Positions 24,775 through 32,000 of a stretch of 32,000 nucleotides of DNA are shown piece by piece. The stretch's first letter is position 1. Every line of letters starts with the position of its first letter. The DNA comes from Microcystis aeruginosa NIES-2549 (GTDB lineage Bacteria; Cyanobacteriota; Cyanobacteriia; Cyanobacteriales; Microcystaceae), in assembly GCF_000981785.2 (NCBI RefSeq), contig NZ_CP011304.1, positions 3,630,001-3,662,000 of the forward strand, in the 5' to 3' direction. The position numbers were made by a program, and so were the translations under genes. A model generated the notes under the pieces. The model had not been told where the DNA came from. It did not search any database and worked only from the letters and a program-made list of their open reading frames with translations.

Positions 24775-24793
24775 TCCTTTCCCCCTTTCTTCG

Positions 24794-27700
24794 ATGCTAT
24801 CCTTACTAAAAAAGCTCTGGAATTGGCTAAAATCGCTCTTTATTGCCAGTCCAAAGGCAATTAACCCCAAAGAAGTCAAAAATACTCCTCCAGAACCCAG
24901 CGATGGGGAATATGAAGGGATATTGATGGGGTTATTCGAGCAGGTGGCGGCGGGAACCACTACCGGCGGGTTACGGGGATGGCTATACAGTCGCCATTGT
25001 GACGATAAAAAGCTGGCGCGGTGGTTAGAGGTCAAAAGCGAGGAATGGCTACAGTATCCGGAAGATTATCAAACTTTAGGGCGGGATCTGGCGGCTTTAG
25101 GGAAGGTGATGACGGGAAATCTGGGGGAAGTGTCCCAACGGATTAGCCTCCAGTTACGCGACGCGGTGAGGGATGTTTCCGGTGTGGAGGGGGAAAATCT
25201 ATGCCCAAAGGAGACGGATTTAACGGAAGTGGTTCAGGATGCCGAATTCTGGTTTGAGCAAGGAAACCAGAAATACATGAATGGGGATTTTATCGGCGAG
25301 ATCGCATCCTACGATCAAGCTTTAGAATTTAAACCCGATGACCCTGATGCTTGGAACAACCGAGGGGTTGCGTTAGGTAATTTAGGCAGATTTGAACAAG
25401 CGATCGCATCCTTTGATCGAGCTTTAGAAATTAAACCCGATTACCATCAAGCTTGGGACAACCGAGGGATTGCGTTGCATAAATTAGGCAGATTTGAACA
25501 AGCGATCGCATCCTACGATCGAGCTTTAGAATTTAAACCCGATTTCCATGAAGCTTGGATCAACCGAGGGGTTGCGTTAGGTAATTTAGGCAGATTTGAG
25601 GAAGCGATCGCATCATATGATCGAGCTTTAGAAATTAAACCCGATTTACATCAAGCTTGGTACAACCGAGGGATTGCGTTAAGGAATTTAGGCAGATTAG
25701 CAGAAGCGATCGCATCCTACGATCGAGCTTTAGAAATTAAACCCGATGACCATGAAGCTTGGAACAACCGAGGGATTGCGTTAAGGGATTTAGGCAGATT
25801 AGAAGAAGCGATCGCATCCTACGATCGAGCTTTAGAAATTAAACCCGATTTCCATGAAGCTTGGTACAACCGAGGGATTGCGTTAGGTAATTTAGGCAGA
25901 TTAGAAGAAGCGATCGCATCCTACGATCAAGCTTTAGAATTTAAACCCGATAAGCATGAAGCTTGGAACAACCGAGGGATTGCGTTAGGTAATTTAGGCA
26001 GATTGGCAGAAGCGATCGCATCCTATGATCGAGCTTTAGAAATTAAACCCGATGACCATGATGCTTGGAACAACCGGGGGGTTGCGTTAGCTGATTTAGG
26101 CAGATTTGAACAAGCGATCGCATCTTATGATCGAGCTTTAGAAATTAAACCCGATTTCCATCTAGCTTGGTACGGCCGAGGGTGGGCCGTTTGTTCTCTG
26201 AGTAAAAATCGCGTTTCTACTCCCAGTCTAGAAGCTCTCATTTACCGTAAACCGATAGTAGCCCTTAATGACCGAGAACCCCATATTTTCGCCCTCCGGG
26301 AGGCACTTACCCACCTCATTCAAGGATCGCCTCCGTGGGGGCAAATTTATCGCTATCTAGGGGAAGCTTATCTGAAACATTCCCAGTATAAAGAGAATGC
26401 TAGTCCCTATTGGCGCGAAGCGATCCGACATTATCAAATCGCTTTACCGATTCTCAGCGAAAAAGACTTCCCCGAAGATCATTTAGAAATTCTGCAAGGA
26501 TTGATCCGCGCTCATCTTTCCCTACAGGAAATCCCTGAAGCGCGATTCTATCAACAACAGGGGCGCCACCTTTTTACCAGACTACGCGCCCAGAAACGCG
26601 ATAAACCGGCTTTTGAGAGAAAATTCAGCAGTTTTAGTCACCTAGAAATCGATTTACTGATCGAGGAAAATCATCCTCTAGACGCAATTGAACAGGCAGA
26701 ATTTTATAAAAATCGTTGTTTGACTTGGATTCTCGATAATTGGCAAGAAAACCCCACCAGTCCCGATTATGCCACTATCCAAAGCCTGACAGGTCCGAAT
26801 AAGGCGATTATTTACTGGTATCTCAGCGAGGACAATCTCACCACCTTTATTATCACCCCAGAGGCTGATCCCGTCATTGTCGAGCCAGAACAACGCCGTC
26901 AACCAGCGCGACAGTTTCGGACTTGGTTAACTGAATGGGATAAACAATACCTTGACTATGCCAGTAAAAAAGAAACGGAGAATAAACAAAATCACCCCTG
27001 GAGATTGTCACTTAACAGCCGTTTTGCCCAATTAAAGCGGATTTTACAGATCGATAAAATTCTCGAACCTTTGCCAGTTTCCGTTGATTCCCTGATTCTC
27101 ATCCCCCACCGGGATCTGCACCGCTTCCCCCTACATACCCTCTTCCCCGAAAAATACACCGCCACCTATCTCCCCTCTGCTCAGGTCGGTTTGCGTCCCC
27201 AGTCCGGCGATTCCTCCTATTCTCCCCTCCTCAGCGTCGAAGACCCCAAAACGGAACAAAAACCCATGGATTTCGCCCAACTGGAATCAGCGATTATTAG
27301 CCATATCCTGCAACCGAGCCAGAGAATTAGCACGAAAAAGGCCTCACGGGAAAACGTCCGCAACGCCCTCGAAAATGCCCATAAAACCTTTCATTTCACC
27401 GGTCATGGCTATTATGACTCTTTTCGCCCCCAAGCCTCTGCGATCGCCCTTAGCGATGGCTTATTGACCGTCCGGGATATCCGTGCGCTGAACCTCTCTA
27501 GTTACCGTCTCGTCTGTCTGGCTGCCTGTGAAACCGCTCTCACCGGTAAGGATGGCATTACTACCGAATACGTCGGCCTCGTCAGTGCTTTCTTGGCAGC
27601 CGGTGCGACTAATGTGGTCAGTACCCTCTGGCCGGTGAAGGAGATTTCTAGTGCTTGGTTTATGATTAACTTCTATCAAAGATTATTAGCGGGTGAATCC

Positions 27701-27934
27701 CCGGCCCTAGCTCTGAAAAATACACAAAATTGGTTAAAAAATATCACTTGGCAGCAACTAGCTAACTGGATCGAGCAACTTGGACAACTTCCCGACCTAA
27801 TGGAATGGGTCGATCGACTGGAGGCGCGGGCGGCGAATATTTTAAAGGAAGGCAGTACAATAGGGCTAGATCAGCTAACAGAATACAGTGATCCTTACTA
27901 TTGGGCAGCCTATACCCTGACTGGACAGGACTAA
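24794..27934 (+). CDS. TPR-repeat protein with C-terminal CHAT (caspase-like) protease domain
   Basis: 1,046 aa with ~10 TPR units (consensus AWNNRGIALGNLGRLEEAIASYDRALEIKPD). The C-terminal region carries a caspase-type His (FHFTGHGYYD) and Cys (LVCLAACETALTG), as in CHAT domains. Confidence 0.9.
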   Translation: MLSLLKKLWNWLKSLFIASPKAINPKEVKNTPPEPSDGEYEGILMGLFEQVAAGTTTGGLRGWLYSRHCDDKKLARWLEVKSEEWLQYPEDYQTLGRDLAALGKVMTGNLGEVSQRISLQLRDAVRDVSGVEGENLCPKETDLTEVVQDAEFWFEQGNQKYMNGDFIGEIASYDQALEFKPDDPDAWNNRGVALGNLGRFEQAIASFDRALEIKPDYHQAWDNRGIALHKLGRFEQAIASYDRALEFKPDFHEAWINRGVALGNLGRFEEAIASYDRALEIKPDLHQAWYNRGIALRNLGRLAEAIASYDRALEIKPDDHEAWNNRGIALRDLGRLEEAIASYDRALEIKPDFHEAWYNRGIALGNLGRLEEAIASYDQALEFKPDKHEAWNNRGIALGNLGRLAEAIASYDRALEIKPDDHDAWNNRGVALADLGRFEQAIASYDRALEIKPDFHLAWYGRGWAVCSLSKNRVSTPSLEALIYRKPIVALNDREPHIFALREALTHLIQGSPPWGQIYRYLGEAYLKHSQYKENASPYWREAIRHYQIALPILSEKDFPEDHLEILQGLIRAHLSLQEIPEARFYQQQGRHLFTRLRAQKRDKPAFERKFSSFSHLEIDLLIEENHPLDAIEQAEFYKNRCLTWILDNWQENPTSPDYATIQSLTGPNKAIIYWYLSEDNLTTFIITPEADPVIVEPEQRRQPARQFRTWLTEWDKQYLDYASKKETENKQNHPWRLSLNSRFAQLKRILQIDKILEPLPVSVDSLILIPHRDLHRFPLHTLFPEKYTATYLPSAQVGLRPQSGDSSYSPLLSVEDPKTEQKPMDFAQLESAIISHILQPSQRISTKKASRENVRNALENAHKTFHFTGHGYYDSFRPQASAIALSDGLLTVRDIRALNLSSYRLVCLAACETALTGKDGITTEYVGLVSAFLAAGATNVVSTLWPVKEISSAWFMINFYQRLLAGESPALALKNTQNWLKNITWQQLANWIEQLGQLPDLMEWVDRLEARAANILKEGSTIGLDQLTEYSDPYYWAAYTLTGQD
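25343..26158 (+). repeat. 8 x 102-bp near-identical tandem repeats (coding TPR units 2-9)
   Basis: Units start at 25343, 25445, 25547, 25649, 25751, 25853, 25955 and 26057. Each contains ...GCGATCGCATCCTA(C/T)GATC(G/A)AGCTTTAGAA(A/T)TTAAACCCGAT.... Confidence 0.9.
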
Positions 27935-27937
27935 CTT

Positions 27938-28477
27938 ATGGAAATCCCCAAAGCAATTATCGATCTTGAAGCGCTGCTAATCGCCCTCGCACAGCAGACT
28001 GAACCTTTGCCAGAATATCTACAGCGATCGCTCAAAGAAATTGAACGATTATTAAGGGAAGAACAACCCCAGGCAGCAACACAATTGCGGCAACTTGTCA
28101 AGGATTTTCCCCCCCTAGAAAAAGCTTATAAAAAAGCGATCGAAGAGTTAGACGCAGCCTATGCTAACCAAGAATGCGCCAAAAGTTTAAGCGTCACTTT
28201 TCCCGATAGTTTAGATTTCGAGGCCCTATTTATTAATGATGTTATTCCTAGCCAAGATTGGGTAAAAACTGCCCAAAAATTAGCCCGATCCCCCCTTGAT
28301 CGCGAGGGTGCTGATTCCCCTCGATTTTGGGATAAAGCCGATCGCCTGATGGTGGTAACGGTGGGAGGTGCAGCCCTAGGGGGATCGATTGCGGGAGTTT
28401 ATGGCGCGGTTATTGGTGCGATATTAGCGGCCGGCTGCGGATGGTATATTACCTTTAGGAAAGCAAAATCAGCATAA
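27938..28477 (+). CDS. hypothetical protein with C-terminal glycine-zipper transmembrane helix
   Basis: The ATG lies 3 nt after the CHAT gene stop. 179 aa with a helical, charged N-terminal ~135 aa, then VVTVGGAALGGSIAGVYGAVIGAILAAGCGWYITFRKAK (repeated GxxxG). Confidence 0.65.
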   Translation: MEIPKAIIDLEALLIALAQQTEPLPEYLQRSLKEIERLLREEQPQAATQLRQLVKDFPPLEKAYKKAIEELDAAYANQECAKSLSVTFPDSLDFEALFINDVIPSQDWVKTAQKLARSPLDREGADSPRFWDKADRLMVVTVGGAALGGSIAGVYGAVIGAILAAGCGWYITFRKAKSA

Positions 28478-28484
28478 ATTTTTG

Positions 28485-28793
28485 ATGAAGATTGTTAACA
28501 TTGAAAACTTTCTTTTGTTAATCGGAACCTTGGTTATTACCGCAAGCGTGGCGCTGGTTACAAAAAAACAGCCAAGACGGGGAAACAATAAATCTTATCT
28601 AGAAATTCTTTTTGTTTCTGGGTTAAGTTTATCGGCTGTATTGGCAATATCTAAGGTGGTCTATAAAGTGTTAACTGATGAAAATTTTCAGAATTGCCTT
28701 GGCTCGGATAGTCAAATCCTTCTTTTGTTAGCTGCTGTTCTCGGTATCTTTATTTCTATTCAAGAGATTTGTAAATTATTTGAAGCGAAGTAA
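28485..28793 (+). CDS. small integral membrane protein (about three TM helices)
   Basis: ATG 28485 (the track ORF starts at TTG 28482) lies 7 nt after the preceding stop. Three hydrophobic segments: FLLLIGTLVITASVALV, ILFVSGLSLSAVLAI, ILLLLAAVLGIFISI. Confidence 0.55.
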   Translation: MKIVNIENFLLLIGTLVITASVALVTKKQPRRGNNKSYLEILFVSGLSLSAVLAISKVVYKVLTDENFQNCLGSDSQILLLLAAVLGIFISIQEICKLFEAK

Positions 28794-28826
28794 TAGGAAT
28801 GCCAGCTTTATCCATATCCAAAAGTT

Positions 28827-28848
28827 ATACTAAATCCTGTTGAGAAGG
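28827..28848. repeat. solo MITE terminus (ATACTAAATCCTGTTGAGAAGG)
   Basis: It matches the reverse complement of the right end of the 7344-7438 element (ATACTAAATCCGTTGAGTATAGG). No partner terminus was found nearby. Confidence 0.45.
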
Positions 28849-28852
28849 TTTT

Positions 28853-29118
28853 GATCCCCCCTTGATCCCCCCTTAATAAGGGGGGCGCTGATCCCCCCTT
28901 GATCCCCCCTTAATAAGGGGGGCGCTGATCCCCCCTTGATCCCCCCTTAATAAGGGGGGCGCTGATCCCCCCTTGATCCCCCCTTAATAAGGGGGGCGCT
29001 GATCCCCCCTTGATCCCCCCTTAATAAGGGGGGCGCTGATCCCTCCTTGATCCTAGGGTTGATTCATTGTAGGGTTGATTCATGAATCAACCCTACTACC
29101 CTTAATAAGGGGGGTGCT
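28853..29118 (+). repeat. 37-bp tandem array: five perfect units plus a sixth unit split by an insertion
   Basis: The unit GATCCCCCCTTGATCCCCCCTTAATAAGGGGGGCGCT starts at 28853, 28890, 28927, 28964 and 29001. The sixth is GATCCCTCCTTGATCC (29038-29053) ... CCCTTAATAAGGGGGGTGCT (29099-29118). Each unit holds a CCCCCC-TTAATAA-GGGGGG hairpin. Confidence 0.9.
29054..29098. mobile_element. palindromic mini-element inserted in the sixth 37-bp unit
   Basis: TAGGGTTGATTCAT + TG + TAGGGTTGATTCATGAATCAACCCTAC + TA. The core palindrome GTAGGGTTGATTCATGAATCAACCCTAC (29069-29096) belongs to the same family as 5866-5893. Confidence 0.6.
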
Positions 29119-29147
29119 GATGATTTTTAACACCTACCTACTTAAAA

Positions 29148-29924
29148 CTACATTCCCATAATTTCGTAACCGGAATCTACATAAATAATCTGACCGGTAA
29201 TACCACTAGCAAGATCACTGGCTAAAAAAGCGGCCGTATTTCCCACCTCAATTTGTGTCACCGTGCGATGTAAAGGAGCGATTTCTTCCACATGATGGAT
29301 CATATCAAGAATTCCCCCCACGGCCGAAGATGCTAAGGTGCGAATTGGACCGGCGGAAATACCATTAACTCGGATCTTTTGGCCACCTAATTCGGCGGCT
29401 AAATAGCGAACACTCATTTCTAAACCAGCTTTTGCCACCCCCATTAAATTATAGTTAGGAATTACCTTGACACCGCCGAGATAGGTAAGAGTGATAATAC
29501 TTCCCCCTTCCGTCATCAAAGGTTTAGCCGATCGAGCTAGACGGGTTAGGGAAAAAGTGCTAATATCTAGGGATTTAGTGAAAGCTTCCCGAGGGATGGC
29601 GGTAAAATCGCCCGTTAAACCCTCTTTATCGGCAAAAGCGAGACAGTGAATCAAAATATCCAGTTTACCCCATTTTTCCGCCACTGTAGCGAAAGTATCT
29701 TCTACCTGTTGGTCATTTTGGACATCGCAGGGGACATAAAAAGCGGGATTAAGTTCATCGGCCAATTCTCGCACTTTTTTCTCAAAACGGCCCTTTTCGT
29801 CGGGGAGATAGGTGACACCGATATTTGCACCAGCTTGATGGAGTTGTTGGGCAATTCCCCAAGCGATCGAGCGATTATTGGCAATTCCCGTCACTAGGGC
29901 GTTTTTTCCCGTTAAATCTAACAT
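29148..29924 (-). CDS. fabI: enoyl-[acyl-carrier-protein] reductase (NADH) FabI
   Basis: MLDLTGKNALVTGIANNRSIAWGIAQQLH... is the canonical FabI N-terminus. At 258 aa from ATG 29924 it has the normal size. The track ORF extends 38 codons further upstream, probably spuriously. Confidence 0.93.
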   Translation of the reverse strand: MLDLTGKNALVTGIANNRSIAWGIAQQLHQAGANIGVTYLPDEKGRFEKKVRELADELNPAFYVPCDVQNDQQVEDTFATVAEKWGKLDILIHCLAFADKEGLTGDFTAIPREAFTKSLDISTFSLTRLARSAKPLMTEGGSIITLTYLGGVKVIPNYNLMGVAKAGLEMSVRYLAAELGGQKIRVNGISAGPIRTLASSAVGGILDMIHHVEEIAPLHRTVTQIEVGNTAAFLASDLASGITGQIIYVDSGYEIMGM

Positions 29925-30138
29925 AGTTCTCGTTTCTCTTACAAAAATCTCCCCAATAGCCGACCCCAGCGAGATTCGGTATAATAGGGATACAGATAAC
30001 GGGGCAGCAATGATCACCCCTCCCCCATTGTCTGGCAAAAAGCGCCCAAAACTTTTCCCAGTTTAGGCAGCGGTTGTGTTTAATAGAGGTGACACTCGTT
30101 GCATAATAAAAACAATTTTCCCCTTTTTTGGATGTGAG

Positions 30139-30816
30139 ATGGACTTATCCCTAATACAAGACAAACCCCTAGCAGATGTGTTCCGTCGAATCGGCAGCGG
30201 CAATTTCCCCCCGGTGGTGGAATTGTTCGAGCGTGGCAAAACGATCTTTTTCCCTGGAGATCCCGCCGAAAGAGTCTATTTTTTGCTGAAAGGAGCCGTT
30301 AAGTTGTCGCGAGTCTATGAAGCGGGAGAGGAAATTACCGTGGCTCTACTGCGGGAAAATAGCGTCTTTGGTGTGCTATCCTTACTCACCGGCCAGCGAT
30401 CGGATCGTTTTTATCATGCTGTGGCTTTTACTCCGGTAGAATTACTCTCGGCCCCGATCGATCAGGTAGAAAGATCCCTGCGCAATAATCCCGATTTATC
30501 AATGTTGATGTTGCAGGGGTTGTCCTCGCGGATTCTGCAAACGGAAATGATGATCGAAACCTTGGCTCACCGGGATATGGGTTCCCGTTTGGTCAGTTTT
30601 TTATTGATTCTCTGTCGTGATTTTGGGGTTCCCACCACCGATGGCATCCGGGTGGATCTAAAATTGTCTCACCAAGCGATCGCAGAGGCGATCGGTTCTA
30701 CCCGCGTCACTGTCACCCGTTTATTGGGAGAGCTGCGGGATCAGGAAATGGTCTCAATTCACAAGAAGAAAATTACCGTCCATAATCCCGTCGCTCTCAG
30801 TCAACAATTTACCTAA
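30139..30816 (+). CDS. ntcA: global nitrogen regulator NtcA (CRP/FNR family)
   Basis: [19 protein letters not shown]...[46 protein letters not shown]...[12 protein letters not shown]...[11 protein letters not shown]. At 225 aa it matches the NtcA length and HTH. I chose ATG 30139 over the track's GTG 30076. Confidence 0.95.
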   Translation: MDLSLIQDKPLADVFRRIGSGNFPPVVELFERGKTIFFPGDPAERVYFLLKGAVKLSRVYEAGEEITVALLRENSVFGVLSLLTGQRSDRFYHAVAFTPVELLSAPIDQVERSLRNNPDLSMLMLQGLSSRILQTEMMIETLAHRDMGSRLVSFLLILCRDFGVPTTDGIRVDLKLSHQAIAEAIGSTRVTVTRLLGELRDQEMVSIHKKKITVHNPVALSQQFT

Positions 30817-30823
30817 ATTCTGG

Positions 30824-32000
30824 ATGACTAGCGCTTATATTTTGGTTTTGGCCATCGTGGTTTTAGGTGGTCTGATAGCGGCTGTTGGCGATCGCATAGG
30901 GAGCCGTATCGGTAAGAAAAGGATGCGTTTATTTAATCTGCGTCCGAAACAAACCGCAACTTTAATGACGATTGTAACGGGAATTTTGATCGCCGGTTCG
31001 ACTTTAATCGTCTTGTTTGCTTCTAGTAAATCCCTGCGTCAAGGGGTTTTTGAACTGGATCGCCTTTTAAATGAACGTCGTGCCGCTATTAAGGATTTGG
31101 AAAGTCAGGTAAGAAAAACCACCGAACAAAAAAATCAGGTGGAAAAGGCGTTAAAAACGGCTAAAAGTGAACAGATAGCCGTGCAGAAACGTCTAGAGGT
31201 TCTTAACAAAAATTATCAAGCTTCTCGTCAACGTTTGCGATTAGTTTCGGGACAGTTGGAAAAGTTTCGGAAGGAAGTGGCTAATTTAAACAATGAACGA
31301 GTTATTTTAACTAATCAAAAGGCACAGTTAACCAGTCAACGGGATCAATTGTTCCAACAAAAATCAATTCTTTCTGGTCAGATAAATCAACTACAAACCA
31401 CCGTTAAAGTTAGAGATAAAGAGTTAGCTAATCAACAAAAGTTATTAACGGCCAGACAAGCGCGACTTCAACAGTTAGAAACCCAGCAAAAAACCCTACA
31501 GCTAGAAATTGATCGCCGGGATCAACGTATTGGAGAACTCGATAGCTCGATCGTCGATAAAAATTTAGCTTTGGAACAGCGCGAGGGAAAATTAAAAGAT
31601 TTAGAGACCCAAATGGCTTTTCTTAAGCGGGAAGTGGAAGTTTTAGAACAATACTATCAAACCTATCAAGAATTGCGGGAAAAACAAATCGCTATTTTCC
31701 GGGGACAGGTGTTATCTTTTGGAGCTTTTCGTATTGTTGATCCCCAAGCTATTGTCACCGTTATCGATAAGTTATTGCGAGAAGCGAATATAAATGCTAT
31801 CCGTGCCACCCAACCGAATCAGCCTAATTTTGACCAGCGTTTAGTTAAGATCACAAAAGCACAGGTAGAACAGTTAAGTCAACAATTACAGGACGGTAAA
31901 GAATATGTGGTGAGAATTCTTTCAGCAGGTAATTATGTCTTAGGAGAAACCGAGATTCGTGTCTTTGCTGATGTGGTTCCCAATCAAAGAGTTTTTGAGG
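30824..32000 (+). CDS. DUF3084-like membrane-anchored coiled-coil protein (3' end beyond window)
   Basis: ATG 30824 opens a frame that runs to the window end. MTSAYILVLAIVVLGGLIAAVGDRIGSRIGKKRMRLFNLRPKQTATLMTIVTGILIAGSTL is followed by ~250 aa of Q/K/E/L-rich coiled coil. Confidence 0.65.
   Translation, partial: MTSAYILVLAIVVLGGLIAAVGDRIGSRIGKKRMRLFNLRPKQTATLMTIVTGILIAGSTLIVLFASSKSLRQGVFELDRLLNERRAAIKDLESQVRKTTEQKNQVEKALKTAKSEQIAVQKRLEVLNKNYQASRQRLRLVSGQLEKFRKEVANLNNERVILTNQKAQLTSQRDQLFQQKSILSGQINQLQTTVKVRDKELANQQKLLTARQARLQQLETQQKTLQLEIDRRDQRIGELDSSIVDKNLALEQREGKLKDLETQMAFLKREVEVLEQYYQTYQELREKQIAIFRGQVLSFGAFRIVDPQAIVTVIDKLLREANINAIRATQPNQPNFDQRLVKITKAQVEQLSQQLQDGKEYVVRILSAGNYVLGETEIRVFADVVPNQRVFE

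Noticed and set aside
24694-25035. 113-aa minus-strand ORF spanning the intron 3' end and the CHAT gene start
   Set aside because: It is antisense to a strongly supported gene and crosses the intron boundary, with low-complexity composition. It is almost certainly spurious.
28853-29037. Possible CRISPR array, because of regular 37-bp direct repeats with an internal palindrome
   Set aside because: The units are directly adjacent with no unique spacers between them, and no cas genes or leader are present. It is a plain tandem repeat.
29979-29993. Possible NtcA box (GTA...TAC) in the fabI-ntcA intergenic region, suggesting ntcA autoregulation
   Set aside because: The spacing is GTA-N9-TAC rather than the canonical GTA-N8-TAC. 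The motif is really a TATAAT hexamer (29980-29985), which may simply be a -10 box. It cannot be supported by eye.
29925-30138. N-terminal extensions of fabI (to 30038) and ntcA (from GTG 30076) suggested by the ORF track
   Set aside because: Both proteins have well-known N-termini (MLDLTGKNALVTG... and [12 protein letters not shown]...) at internal ATGs. The extensions overlap each other's upstream regions and have odd composition.

Overview
This window looks like a cyanobacterial chromosome segment. Support: many HIP1 octamers GCGATCGC (e.g. 2402-2409, 5235-5242, and one in every TPR unit), ntcA, a PEP-CTERM protein, XisH/XisI and a TPR-CHAT protein. The gene set and the heavy IS/MITE/toxin-antitoxin load look Microcystis-like, but that taxon call is inference only.

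Housekeeping genes: a DICT-GAF histidine kinase, argG, a larE-like gene, murJ, hisS, a P1B-type ATPase, fabI, ntcA and a DUF3084-like coiled-coil protein.

Accessory patches between them:
- a tnpB-only IS200/IS605 element whose tnpB carries one in-frame amber codon
- an IS630 element that needs a -1 shift in an A8 run
- three type II TA pairs (relE/parE-like, higBA, hicBA), plus permuted decayed TA fragments around a frameshifted xisH and an intact xisI
- ~100-bp MITE-like elements, one of which truncates an ORF
- 28-nt palindromic elements, and 37-bp and 76-bp tandem arrays

Most notable: two virtually identical 2,597-nt group II introns, each encoding the same RT-maturase-HNH protein, sit at the same point of a ~106-bp repeat and bracket hicBA. 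The second intron ends 19 nt before the start codon of a 1,046-aa TPR-CHAT (caspase-like) protease gene. That gene is tightly followed by two small membrane-protein genes (one with a glycine zipper, one with three TM helices). This cassette is my best candidate for an uncharacterised conflict or abortive-infection-type module. No rRNA, tRNA or CRISPR array was recognised.
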